Shown: in pieces, positions 38,226 through 51,899 of the stretch
How the letters are laid out: every line of letters begins with the position of its first letter
How positions within the stretch are numbered: the stretch's first letter is position 1
Assembly (NCBI GenBank): GCA_011109175.1
Contig: RDEW01000010.1
Location: 290,494 to 354,493, forward strand
DNA: 64,000 nt
Reading direction: 5' to 3'
DNA from: Dicyema japonicum
Taxonomy: Eukaryota; Animalia; Dicyemida
Translations under genes and position numbers: made by a program
Notes under the pieces: generated by a model
Told to the model about the DNA's origin: nothing
What the model saw: only the letters and a program-made list of their open reading frames with translations
Databases searched by the model: none

Positions 38226-38689
38226 TAATTTTTTTAAATTATTTTTATTTATTTTAAAACCCCAAGACCATAAGAAAGAAAGAATTAATTTGCTAAATTA
38301 AGTGATCCCAGCCTCCAACATCTCTCGAATTCTCTTCGAATGTTCCGCCAGTGAACCAACAGCGTTTCTGAAGTGTCTTTTATTTCTGCAGAGAAGTTCT
38401 ATCGGAGTGCACTTTTTTAATGCCGATCTGAATTCTCCGCATGAACCACCCTCTCTCTGAATGGGTCTCCTAGCTTATTGCACATACGTAGGAAGCCCAG
38501 GTCATTTCTCTCTACCGAGGAGTGATAATTATTCCATTACTCAACTCAGACAGAACTCACAATTGATTATATAAGTAAAGAACAGTTATGTTAATTAACA
38601 AAATCCAAGGACTTTTTGTTAATTTTATATGCGTGTGATTCCGAGACAATCCAGTTCCTAGTAGTGAATCACTGATGACTGATCAATAG

Positions 38690-39180
38690 TGACTATGTGA
38701 GGAAGCATAACGAAATTGTTAGATGCAATCACCTGCATTTATGTAGAGTGTATGCATCAAAAGTCTAAACGTCTAAAGACACATCAGATCGATCAATTGT
38801 TACGACGCAGAGGGTGAAAATCCGAGTTGACACTTCCATCATGAGTGACATTGAAGTTCAACACAATAAGCCAGACATTTTCGTTTATGACAAAATGATG
38901 TATGAGATTGTGATTATTGAAGTTGGAATCACCTCACAACAAGCACTATAGCATACAGAGGTGGATAAGCTATATAAGTATGACTTGCTCGCTGGAGAAT
39001 TGAGCATGTTATACGATGCTCCTGTGAGAATTATTCCCGTGGTTTTGACATGGTACGGGATTATCTCCACGTGCTACAGAAATCATTTAAAGTTCTCTCG
39101 TGCCAATAAGAGCGTATATTCAGTCATTGTTTTTAAAGAAAACGTTAGAAAGTATTATTGTCGAGCACAAACATCGATTC
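38690..39180 (+). mobile_element. R4/Dong-like REL endonuclease fragment
   Basis: YVRKHNEIVRC, HNKPDIFVYDK, IIEVGIT and KLYKYDLLA. Confidence 0.8.
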
Positions 39181-40010
39181 AAGCAGCGATGCGACTGGAA
39201 AAGCGGGCAACTTTGCGAGGCGGCGGACCCACAGTCCGAGGGAAGTGAAGTCATGTGGATGGCTGGTGAAGATCCTCGTAAAAGAAGAAGTTCTGTTAGA
39301 TTAGTTCTTGATTGTAATTTTCAACAATATTATTTAAACTTTAGAAATAATAAACAATCTAAAATTCATAATTAAATCCGGTCAACTAACTTCTTCCACG
39401 CTCCCCTGTTCAGTGCCCTTTTTCGTGGTTATCGAGATCTTATTGTGTGAGAAGTTTACCACTGATTTTCTTTATATCGGTGTTGAGAATAACCGGAAGG
39501 GTTATTATACAAATTGAAGCAACGTAACCGGTCGATAATCCAAGTATCCTAGCTCTTTGGAAGAGCAATTTGGATATTAAAATGAACCTTAGAGACATCA
39601 AAATATAGTAAGTTCTACTATAAAGAAATCATCTCAAACAAAATCGAGATGTAAGGCAGGAAAAGACAAAATCAAGTTGATATATGCAAGATCACTAACC
39701 TCTTTCAAATTTGGGCCAAGTAAGATTGAACCCCGATGCTTCATGTACCCAGAACTTATTTCGTTTGTTCAGAACTTGGGGTTTCTGTTGTCTCTTGATT
39801 TCATCGTCTCATCCATGCAACGAGAAAAGAAGAATTAAGCTTTAATTTACAATGAAACGTGCAATAGAGATACTTGGACACTTCAACCCGCCACCAATTA
39901 TGGATTTGAAAATTCCAGAACCTTTTCCACATTGTGAGATATTAAATTAAATTTATTAATATTATGAAATATTTAATTTATTAATAATATTAATATAACC
40001 AGGAAACGAA

Positions 40011-43000
40011 ATGAAGGTACCTGCATTTTACCAAATTTAAGTTACTTTATGAATTGAAAATAAACTCACATAAATCAAACGTAGTATTTGCTTGGCAAAA
40101 TTTCAAGGAGACATATTTGGCAGCTGTGAGGTATCGAAATTAAAAATATTTTTAGTGATTCTAACATGATAAAAATTATCAACAGATTCGGGAAAATTGT
40201 CAATGAATTCGATTTGGGGGAGTATTTTCCATATTAAATATTCTAGTGAAGTCAAGAAATTTGTTGGAGTCCCAATGGAGCGTTTTTAACAGTAATTTTA
40301 AAAAACAGCAGCACGCTATTCATTTGGTCTGAATCAAAAAATAATAGATACAACGTGGACTCTGGTTTTAAGTAATTAGAGAGTTTAATTTCTAAGGGAA
40401 AGCCTCAACTGCATTGGATGGAGTCAGGATTCGACCCTGATCGCATGCGGCTCTTCCAAGGGGAATCTGTTGATCTTTAATGTTTTATCGAAAAAGTATT
40501 ATTTTAAATAACTAAAGAAAAACGTCAATTTTGGGAAAACATGTGAAATCAATAGCATATGCAGTCTGGGATTCAAATAACGTGTTGGCTCTGGCTTGCC
40601 AAGACAATAAAATTTCTATCTCCAATATGGAAGGGAGTACACTTCAGGAACTGAATCTTGCTTATTCCGCGAAAAAATTAAAATTTTCACAAATGAAAAA
40701 ACCCGGCAATTTTACAGGAACCCACAGCACTGTATAATATACGATTATTCAAAGTTGTCTCTAATTGCGAACAAACGAGTCATTTACCTGATTAACATAC
40801 ACACGAAGGAGGTTCCCATAGAAATTGTCTTTCAGGAAAAATACGGGAAAATAGTCGATTACGAATGGTTAAGGGATTCTGTTATCTTAGGTTCGGGACG
40901 GATACATTATTGTAGCTTTCATCACGGGAACAATCGTTGTCTTGTCTAGCCACATGAAGGAAATATATAAGGTACTCCGAGACTAGAATTTGAAGGAAAT
41001 TTCGAAAGTCACAGTTTTTGAAGGAAAAAAGTTAACGAGTTTTTCTGCCTGCCACAAATCCAACAGAATAGCAGTTTCGAGTAACGAACGGTAATTTTTT
41101 CATGGATTTTTTGCCAGTGTGGAGATTTTGTCGATGAAGGATGTCAGAGGACTCGATCATTCATTCGAATCAAAAAAAGACTTTACGATCCATTTTTTAG
41201 AATGGTCCTCGTGCGGATCCTATCTTGCTCTGGGAGGCTCAAATGGAAGCATTAATGTTTACCTATATAAACTCCCCGAGATTTATTGCAAAAATAAGTC
41301 AAAAATTGCATTCATGTCCTCTATTACGGAAATTACGGTGGTTGACATGGCAACCCAGGTTTACATGACGTTATATTCTAGAAAAGTAGTATCTCGTTTG
41401 AAGTCGCTTTGGAGCCTTCTTTTCTGGAACTCAATGATTCTCTAATAGCCGTCGGAATTAACAACAAGGTTATTTTCCATTCTCTGTTGGAAAAAGGTGA
41501 ACGATAAATCTCAGTTTAGATTCCCCCGTTGTCACGGAGATCGACTATTTTGATGAAATTGAAAAATTGAGAATAAATGATGTATTCGCAGCTGCCTTAT
41601 CAGGCGGCCAACTGAAATTATCGAAAGTACTTTTCTATATTCAAATTGCCATAAATTATCAACATTCTTAGATTAATTCGAAGCGGGATTTAGTCGAGCA
41701 GACATTCTCGATAAAGGAAATAGTAGACTTTTACATAACTCCCGACTTTCTGATATACTACACTGTACTAGTTTTCACTAAAAATAAAGAAAAAATGCAT
41801 TTTTTACTATTCGTTAACGAAAATGTCCCATTCGATCACATTCCCCGTGGAGACCTCAATCACAACCCTCTTTATGTCGACCGACACGTATTATACAATT
41901 TTGTGCACCACTTCAAGTTCACAACTCATCCGTCCATTCAAAGACTGTGTCGAAATTATCGAGGATTTTATATTTCCATGTGAAGGCGCAGTTTGGACGA
42001 CGGTGGAAGATATCGTCGTTTTTCTTGGTTGCAATAAAACGGAAATGGCCGTCTATGTGATTTCTGAAAGTTTTGGCGGTATTTATCGGTTATATTAAGA
42101 TTTTAAAATAAATTTAATAAGCAAATTTAAGAGAAAAAATATGAATATTCCGATTCATTTCGACAAACTGACTATGATCTCGTTAACTGCAACGGGGACA
42201 CTGGAGAGGGAAACATTTGCCGAGTTGGACGAATTTGTTAAAAGCAGAGTAAAATTCGATTTCTATGTTAGACTTTCAAGAGATCAGATCTGGCATCAAA
42301 AAGGTTTGCTTTCTTTGACAATTTCAGACAAATTGAATGTTCGTGTGAAGAAAATCAACAAATTATCACCAAGCTCGTCGAAAATGGAAAAATAATGGAA
42401 GGTAATCAATTTATCATTTAATTGACCACTTCGAATTTATTTCATTTTAAATTATTTACTTATTTTTATTGATAATTTTATTAAATATTTTAAATTATTA
42501 CAAATTTAAAATTTAATCAAAATATAATTTTTAGCAAAAAATTACGCGACAAAAGTCGGGGACGTAAAAACGGTCCTCGCATTGGAACCATTACTAGTAG
42601 GGACCAATTCTAATTTTAGGGATTAACTGATAAATTTCTAATATCTGGATATTTAATGATGTTTCTGAACAAGTATGATCAGGCTCAGGAATATTTTCTA
42701 AAATCGTCGGATCCGACAGCTGCATTAGAGGTTGATAATATTTGTAAGATTAGATGAGAGTCGACCTCATGCATTGGAATGAGGCAATGCTCTTGGCCAA
42801 GTCTCTAAAATCAGAATATTCTGGGTTTATCGCTTACGAGTACTCACAGCAAATGGAACTAACAGGAAATTATTCAGAGGCGATTAACTACTATAAAATA
42901 GTCATATATGACTTCAAAGACTCTGAATATGTGGAGAACGCAAAGGCCGGCTTGGCTCGAAGTCTTTTAAAAAATAAAGAATTCGATAGGTAATTTGAAT

Positions 43001-44856
43001 TTAAACGACTTTAGTGGGGCCAAAATTGCGTCCAAATTAAAAGACCCCGAGTCGCAAATTTCATGTGCTAACATTTTGGAGGAATTTAGTGTAAGAACTG
43101 CAATTGTACGATTTTGTAGATTTGGAAAGATGCCGGTTTGTTGTACGAAGCCGCTGGGGAGCACAACCTTGCTGCCAAAGTCTATTTAAATGGAGACTTA
43201 TGGTTATATCATTCACTTTTAGAATTTAAATATTTTCATTAAAAACTAAATCTAAAAAATTTAGGAATAAACTTGAAAGAATCAAGGACAAAATTACATC
43301 CAAGCCGATTTTATACAAATTGGGGGAAAGATTAGAGAAAAATAAGGAGTATAGAGATGCTGCTTCGGTTTTTGAGCGTGCAGGCGAATTTGTGCGTTCC
43401 GTCACGTTTTTTAAATTACTTAAATATAGAATTCTTCTAAATGAGCTGAACGATGCTGAAAATGCCATAAAAATTGCAAAGAAGTCACATTCGGATGAAG
43501 TTGTCCAGATTATTGCCGAGTTTTATTATGAAAAATTGTAGGTTCTTTGAAAAGATTGGCGATTTCAAAACAGCAATTAGATTTTTTGTAAAAATGGGAT
43601 TCCCCAGAGAGGCCCTACGATTGGCCCAAACTCACCATGAACTGGAATTTTACATATCTTTAATAGGTATATACTACTCCCATATTTCAGACAAGACCGA
43701 ATCAGAGGAATTACATTTTGAAATTGGAAATCACTTTGTGGAACAGAATAATCCAATAATGGCTGCGAAACACTTTCGATTGAGCAAGAGATCTAATAAA
43801 GTAATTTTTCTCATAATTTTTAGGCTCTGAGTGTCCTTTTGGATAGCCTCACTCCACAAACAATGAATTTGGCGGTGGAGATGATTGGAGAATCTGATGA
43901 CGCAAATCTGCGCGAAAAACTGTTAAAAGTGGTGGAGAAAAATAATGTGTTTTGATATTTTAACTGGTAGAATCAAAAACTACTTATACAACTTCATATT
44001 AATACAAGACATTACACAGAAGCTGTGAATATTTCAAAATGCATGGCAAACGAGCAGATCAAAGCAGGTTTGAGTCCACAATAACAACAGGAAATTATCT
44101 TCAGGCTATGGAATTCTTCTTAGATGCAGCTATTCCGTTAAATAAACTGAATCAAGCTTTACGTGACGATTTCTTGAACGATATTTCCATTTTACAAAGC
44201 TACAACTTAGCTAAGGTTTCCCTGTTAATATGTATTCCAGTATTATATGAAACATGATCAGAAGGTGTTGGCATTGAGTCTTCTAATGAGGATAGTAGAA
44301 AATATAGACAAATTCTCTACCCGTATTTATGTGATGTGACTACTTAGACGCTGTTTTGATTTTGAAAACAACCCTGGTTGAGTGCTATCGCTCAGAATTG
44401 GGGGAATATGTCTCACGTGTCTATAAAGTGTTGAAAAATCCGCAATATTATGACTTATTGGACGAAAAAAGCAAAAAGCAGATCGAAAATATAATGTAAT
44501 TTAGTTGAACGACTTGAAGGACTAAAAGAATGGCTCAAAATAAGGAAGATGCAATTTCTCCATGTCCTTTTTGTAATTTCCTACTTCCTTCGATGAAGCT
44601 TAAATGTGGGAGATGCACAAAATTCATTCCATTTTGTGTCGCTTCAGTTAATTACCTCGTTATATATTAATAGGGAAAACACGTGGTCAGGGACGAATGG
44701 ACTAGGTGCCCAAATTGCTATTTTTCTGCAAATTTTAAAGAATTTGAAAGGTTTTTGTAATTTAAGTACTCCAGTTTTGTAAAATGTGAGCAGAAATGTC
44801 CTATTTGTTCATTTAACGTTACTGATATTACAATGTCTCCACCATCTTGCTATTAG
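40011..44856 (+). CDS. WDR19: WD repeat protein 19 / IFT144 (IFT-A), about 33 exons
   Basis: MK|...FAWQ, ILGKH, FQEKYGKIVDYEW.GDGYI, AQEYFLKSSDPTAALE|MRVDLMHW, AGLAR, and C-terminal CPFC...C..C..IPFCVAS|GKHVV..W..CPNC.F zinc ribbons. About 32 GT-AG introns, mostly 21-29 nt. About 3 frameshifts. Confidence 0.95.
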
Positions 44857-45599
44857 TTGTCACATTGTTGAATTATTAAATAGAAATTCTTTTCTTAATT
44901 TTTAAGGTGACCTCTAATTTAAGTTTTCTATAACTTAGGATCAATAAATCACAGATTTCTTAGTTTTAATTTTTCCACGTGGTACATAATATAGTTAGGC
45001 CTAATTCGACAAATTCTTCTTCAATGGAGACGAGCACTCGATACGTCTCCACTGAGATCTGATAAAATCTGTCCTTGGCGACGGCAGAAATTATACACTG
45101 GAACTCAAAATGGAATAAAAAATTGAGATACACCAGAAATCTAAAAATACAAAGAATTAATCATCAAATTTGATTTAGTTTTAATTTTTTATTTTGAACA
45201 AGTTTCATTTAAGTTCTATAAAATTCTATTAAAACTACAATTTCTTAAGTTAAGATTTGAGTGAAAAATTCTTCCGAAACATTCATTTTTCTTATAAACA
45301 GTGTTTAGTTTTTTCTGAGTTATTAATCATCTCTGTTATAGAGAAATTGACAACTAATTACTGATTTTTCAGTCAAAATCAATTTTTTATAAAAACGAAA
45401 ACAACAAGTAAGAGTTACATATATTCCCCTCTAGAATGCGAGGAAATTGGTTCGAATAGCCAATAGCGCTTACGAAGGTTCCTGGATCGGGTTGAGATAA
45501 GGTTTCCGAGTTAAAGGATGTCGCTAATCATTTAGAACGAACATTTGTGATTCAGCTTGTGATACAATATATTAATTTAATTAACTTTAATTTATTAGC

Positions 45600-45885
45600 C
45601 CCGGATACACCGAGAAAGAAGTTAAGTAAACAACTAATTAAGTGCATTCAGTTTCCACTTCTATCCGGAATCAACATAAAAGGAAAAAGACGTCCATACT
45701 TGTAGTTGTGGAAACCCATCCAGTGGAGTGGGAAGAGCTAATGATCCTTTTTTTCGATCTGGCACTGGGCGCTACCTAAACAGGTGGATCACATGACGCC
45801 ACTCTAATAGGAAGGGAAATTGGAGGAACAAATAAAACATGCAGAAAACTTAAACCAATTAGCTACGTAGCACCACATGGGCCAA
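45600..45885 (+). repeat. Solo copy of the RTE 5' leader (structured repeat)
   Basis: Aligns with the reverse complement of 15040-15270; no ORF follows. Confidence 0.8.
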
Positions 45886-46745
45886 GATACAATATATTCC
45901 ATGTACTCTGTTTTTTAACTTTCTCTATAAATTATTTTGAAAAGTTATTTATTATTCAATATACACATAATCATAAAAATATCGCATAATACTTTCAGCT
46001 TCAAACGGATGATCCATATGTTCTTTCAATTTGGGGGCGGACGGGATTCGAATTTAGAAAATATTATAAAATTTCTTTAAATGTCGATTTTTACAACTAA
46101 TCAAATTCTTAAAATTTTTTGAAATTATACATTTTCATCAAGCAAGGAAATGAAAAGATGAATGTTTCATGAGTCCAACTATAGGGCTTGGGTTCTTCAA
46201 CAGTATCCTCTTTACAGTCCTTCTTGAGGTCTGATATATGAATCAAGGATTAGAGTTGTCTTTTGAAAACTCACAATCATTTTCTCAACAACCTTTTTAT
46301 AGGAGCAACAAGACTGTCCTCTTCTTCACTCAGGAACCTATTAAATCTCATATGTAAACCATAATTCCTACCTTTATCGATTTTTCAAGAGCAAGATGAA
46401 CCAGTCCTTGTATCATAAATATGGAGGGGATGATGACTCGCGTCAAGATAGAAGGAAACGCTCATCTTTCAGGGGAAACATCCTTCTTTAGAACCGGAAC
46501 ACTTTTATTAAGGAAAGACAAGGGAGTAAACGGTTATATAGCGGCTGCCCTGATTGCGTGGCTATTCCCTCTCAGGATAGCGAGCGAGATTCGCTCAAAT
46601 TATAAAAAGTCAGAAAAATGCCGAAAACTAAACAAATAAAAGCTACTTTGAAAGTGATCTCAGTCTTATATTTTCTTTAAAATTGTTTATCGAAATGAAT
46701 TTGAAATAAGTAAAAAATAAAAATATTTGAGGGAAAAATAAGGCT

Positions 46746-47339
46746 TTAATAGTCCTCATAACCTTGAAATATAGTATTTGGATCAAATGTCTGAAAATTG
46801 GTAGAAGGTGGATTTATTCCATTTACTTGTGGTTGATAGAAATTCTGATCGCTGTGATCATAAATATTCGGAAAATAGAAATTCGGGATATTTTCTGGGA
46901 GTTGATCATAGGGAAGTTGATTCATTTGGTAATTTCTTGGAATCCCAAATCCGTACATTTGGTTTTCCTGATTAAAAAAATATTGATTTGAGTGTAAATA
47001 GGCTTCTGCTTCATATGACGGATAAGTAAAATTTTGTGTAATTCCAGCCTTTTTTAGTTTATACCGATGATTTTGAAACCAAATTTTTACCTGTTTGGGG
47101 GTTAAGTTTATTCTTTTCGCAAATTCATCTCTTTCTGCAGTTGAAAGATAATTTTGGAAGTTGAACTTGTTTTGCAAAGCAAAAATTTGAACTTTAGAAA
47201 ACAAATTTCTTTTTTTCTTACGAGCAGTGCTATTCGATTTACAAATATTATTTTCACTTTTTTGGGACGGGGAGCCTGGAGACAAAATTGAATCAATACT
47301 TTCCGAAGATTTAAGTGGCCTGCGAGTCATATTGTTCAT
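46746..47339 (-). CDS. NKX2: NK2-class homeobox protein (NK2.1/NK2.2-type)
   Basis: Homeodomain KKKRNLFSKVQIFALQNKF..QNYLSTAERDEFA..INLTPKQVKIWFQNHRYKLKK with Tyr54 and HRYK. Intronless ORF. Confidence 0.9.
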   Translation of the reverse strand: MNNMTRRPLKSSESIDSILSPGSPSQKSENNICKSNSTARKKKRNLFSKVQIFALQNKFNFQNYLSTAERDEFAKRINLTPKQVKIWFQNHRYKLKKAGITQNFTYPSYEAEAYLHSNQYFFNQENQMYGFGIPRNYQMNQLPYDQLPENIPNFYFPNIYDHSDQNFYQPQVNGINPPSTNFQTFDPNTIFQGYEDY

Positions 47340-47829
47340 CAAACGTGGATTCTATATTTTAAATTAGTCATTCAACGTATATAAGAGTTCCTTGAGTAAT
47401 ATAATTAAATTTTATTGTTTTTTTTGAACAACCACTAATTTATTTTAAATGGACTTGTCAGACTTGATGAAAAGTCAGATTTTAATAAAAAATAACCTAA
47501 GGGTCTCAGGGTTTAGAGGAGACGTGGGAATTTATGAACTATTCTCACATCGAGTTGGTCTACCCCTAATAAATGCAAAATTCACGTTTTCGCACTTTGA
47601 AAATAAAACGAATTTAACTTACAAATCAAAAATGAGCGTATTTCGGATAATCACTTTCTTATAAACTATTCCGTTGAATAATATGGGGCGTTAATAGTTA
47701 CACAAATTTGTAATCCTTGTTTTGTAACATGAAATTATCAAAATAATAAATCTGTGCTTAAACATACAGCTAACCCATGATACACTATATTCTTGTAATA
47801 TCTGATGCATTGTAATGAGTTCATCACCA

Positions 47830-48050
47830 AAATCAGGAGGTCCAGAGTTAAAATCTCGTTGCTGTCAATTCGGTGAAGGTTTCACTATCTACCATGCTTC
47901 TACGTTGACCAGTGACGCTGTCTTCAGTGTTTCATCACTGCGGAACCGGATTGTCTTCTGGGTCACAAGCAAAAGAAAAGAACGAGAAGTCAAGAACATT
48001 TCCAATGCATTGGATTAGTTAGCATGACTGTTCTTGAAAAAAGTGTGATT
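47830..48050 (+). mobile_element. SINE copy (head eroded)
   Basis: Aligns with the reverse complement of 31170-31400. Confidence 0.7.
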
Positions 48051-49444
48051 TTTGTCTAAACTTATGTTTAATAATGGTAACATTACTAATCCTTGGCGGC
48101 AGGGCTGTTGTTTTTTTCTGGCAAAAGAGAAGTTCGAGATATCAGAATTCTCAATCAAAATATTAGATTAATTCATTAACAGGTTTGCATAAAATTAAAT
48201 AATTTCAATAATCCCAATTTCCTAGTAAAAATACTAAATTTATAAATCTCAGGATACAATTATAACAGCAGTATAGTCCAAAGAAGTAAAGAAATTTTTA
48301 TTTAGCGTAATCATTACGGATCAGACTCGACAGCTTATATATTACTCAAAGGTACGCTAATTAAGCCCTATATACTTTCATTAAGTCATTCGATTTAGTT
48401 CAAACTTACGGAGATATATGCGTAATTAAGACCATTTGAAAACAAGAAATATATAATTAGTCTCATTGGATTGACCAAGGTCAATAATTGTTAACACAAA
48501 GTAAAATAAACAAAAAGGTATACAGGGGGATTCGCTCAAATAACCAGCAGCGAGTTCTATAATTGAGACTTCTTCAAATGACAGCCACCCGAATGAGCAT
48601 TTTGGTGAAAGGTTGGTGTGAAGAGAACCGCTATTGCACTGTCAACTTTTTTTTCGAAAGCCCACGTCTTATTTATGCTGTGAGACTCCGACTCGAATCT
48701 AGTCGTTGTCAAGAAAAGTCCCACATAATTCCAAAAAAACAAAAAGTTCTAATTATTTATCCTAACTGACATAATCGAGGCAACTTCACGATTATTATTA
48801 ATATTTAACAACTAGTTATGCGATCCAGGTACTCCTAACAGTTTGCAATGGTCTTCCATAGCTCCCACTGCTTTTTGTACTCACGGTTGTCCTCTTTCAA
48901 AAGAATTTGAAGAGGTATAAGTTTCTATGATGTTATGAGTTTTGCCGGCCTCTATCGCTGGTCAAAAGAAACTATCAGATTCAACGATGGCCATTGAGAT
49001 TAAATTATTGAGATAAACTTGAGGAGTTTAATATATAATATAGTATATTTATATATGACATGAAACATTTAATATGATGTATGACATGAAACATAATTAA
49101 TGGTAATCAGATAAATTTACATATAAATCAGATCACAAAATTTCCTAAGGTTTCCTTTTTTATGAACATTTCTACCATCGAAAATATAGTTAACAGTGAT
49201 AGAAACTACTTATTCTCCCTATTCATGTCCTAAGCAACACCAGTGTCCGTTTTTAGCAGTTATTTTCCTTCAGCCAACGGTTTCCTTCATTTGAATGAAT
49301 CAGAGGTAAATAAACAAAAAACTACTTAAACTGGAAAGTGACTCAAGAGCCAGTGAATTAATTGATTCGCGAAAATTAATAAACTATTGCTGGAGGTTTT
49401 AAAACACGATGTACCGATTAACATAAAAATATAGTTTATTATGA

Positions 49445-50308
49445 TTAATCAATAAGTTCAATGTCTTCGGGATTCGAATCCTTATCACCTATGGAGAAAA
49501 CCACAGAGATTGCCATTAATCGAAACTCGTCGATAAAAGTCATAGAAAATCCAGTGCACAAAAGTATGGTCCCAACTTCGCAGAGGGCACAAAAGACCAG
49601 AATTTTTTATTCTAGCTTATTTTATGAAAATACCTGAGACAGTCCATCAATCTGAACCAATGAAGTCCCAATGAATGCTAAAATAAAAAAAATAATCCAA
49701 AACTGATTATAGCCCAGCGATGGCTAGCAGAATAATGCTCAATCTGGTGTAGAAAGTCTTCCTAGTCTGAAAGGTGAGCTTTCCGAGTAGAGTCTGCAGG
49801 ATGCAGTAAAGAGGCTGAGATACGAAAACCATGATAGCCGCGACATAGTGACCTGATTTTATAGAACTGGCCTAATTATAAAAAATCAATCGTTTCCTTT
49901 AAATTTGCAGTTAGGAAAGTACCAAGTGAGATCAAGAAGGCGACGAGAATGAAAAATTATTCAAATAAGAAATTCTATAGTTCTTCCGACTGATTTTGCT
50001 TCTTAAGTAGACAAATCGAAGACAAAACGTGGCAAAACCTTCAAGTGAGCGATTCAAGCTTCACCTAGTACAGTGATGATATTCAAACAAATTGAGAAGA
50101 ACACACTAGGAGGCCCGGTGTCTGAGACTTCACTAAAAGCTAAACCAGGCGGGCCATACCTTATATAGGGAAAGTAGTCATAGATGTTGTTGAATATTAG
50201 GGCATAAAGATAAACAATGATTAGGTTGAATATGAAAATAAAGAACGTGAACGACGGAATAAGGTGTATCTTCTTGAAAGAAATAGTTAGCATATCAGGA
50301 GACAACAT
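49445..50308 (-). CDS. DRAM/TMEM150 (Frag1/DRAM/Sfk1) membrane protein
   Basis: FPYIS...PPSVFF, LRFVYL, TANLK|..GHYVAA, YCILQT and CEVG...FSMTFIDEFR. Five tiny introns, several frameshifts, one donor reading GA. Confidence 0.75.
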
Positions 50309-50629
50309 TTGTAGAAATCGCACGAAATATATTTATATAAAAAAACGTTCTAATTAAGATTTATTTAAACGAATTTTAAATATTACTGATTATTTTTTAA
50401 ATTAGCAATTAATATAATAATTTTCACTTTATTGCCTTTTCTATCACGAACTTTCTATAAAGGGATAGTTTTTATTTAAGTAATTCATACATGGAACACC
50501 CTTAGGGTTTTATTTACCAAAGCAAACGTCTGGGTGTGTATTGTTGCAATCTGTTTGGTTATTGATTTTTTGTTTTTGATAATTTTACCGTAATCGATTC
50601 TTTACTAATTTATGGATTCTAGAGTCCTC

Positions 50630-50955
50630 CATGAATTCTCTACTGACCAGGACGCTGGTCATGTCCGTGAAGTTTGGAGCCGTACCCATCAGTTTTCCCT
50701 ACCTTCCATGTTCTCTCAGCGGCTGAGAAGGCCGAGATGTTGAAACTGGCAAAGTACACGGTGCTAGCAATTATTTTTTGGTCGTCCACTCGTTGTTGAG
50801 ACGTCTGGTTCCCTTGCGCCTGCGACACTGGAATTTTTGAGTTTTCTAGGGAATTGGATTTCTACACGATCAAGAGACCCTCGTGAGGGCTGCTTGAGCG
50901 AATCCGTTCGCTATCCTGAGAGGGAATAGCCACGCAGTCAGGGTGGAACTATATG
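50630..50955 (+). mobile_element. CRE-like 3' end fragment
   Basis: AAEKAEMLKLAKY, VETSGSLA and ILRGNSHA; similar to 62440-62800 (minus) and 46530-46600. Confidence 0.7.
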
Positions 50956-51899
50956 AAAATTTGTTTTTTTCCGTAATAAATTGTTCGAATTTTTATTGAT
51001 TATTAATTTTAAGAGAAAGATGACACTCCTCTTTTTGAGTGACGATTTAAGAGATTTTATTAACTATTGAATTTTAACTTCTGGACTTATTGTCTAGGAT
51101 ATCATGGCTATAACAGTGGTCTCTAGGTTCTATTCCCCCCATTTGGATACTTTGTCTAATAGTTCCTGTCTTTTAATCAGTTCTTTATCTCCACTACTTC
51201 ATTAGTGCGCTGTCTCAGGGGTCCCCAGTAACGAGACGGCGTCATGTGATTCACCCGTCTCAAGGCGCCCAATGAAGAGATAGCATCGAGATTCAACATT
51301 CCTTTCTTTAACTGAGTGATCAGTTGACAATAAAAAATAACATAGCATTAAAACGAACTACGTGAAGCTACCGTTTCATTTGCTAATTTTTGGTGCATTA
51401 CTCAAGTTGTGTCATTCAATGTGAAATAAACTATGTCTTCAGAGCTGTTAATGGAACAGGGTGATCGCTAGCAGTGGATCTTGTCTAAACATATAGAAAA
51501 AAGTGATTATAGTTTAATAACGTGAACTCTATGGCTTCGATCTGCTGCCCCTACAGGGTGCTGCTCGGGGCGGCTGCCTCAATGGCCACCCTCTAGGTAC
51601 GCCCTTGAAAGCATTTCATTAAAATTAGACAATTTTGGGATGAAATTTTTGAAATTCTATAACGGCATTACTTGAAAATCAATGCATACCAGGAAAAATC
51701 CTACCGAGTGTCCTCAACAATGACATGTACAAACTATGAAAGATATGAAAACAACTTAAGAAAGCGAACAACAAACGAGCGCTGAGAATATTGGCCGGTC
51801 AGATCTTCAACAAGATGATACAAGAGTAATAGTAATGACTATGTGCTATAATATTATTATTTATTAACCAAATAAATTTATTGACAAAAACAAAGTTAA

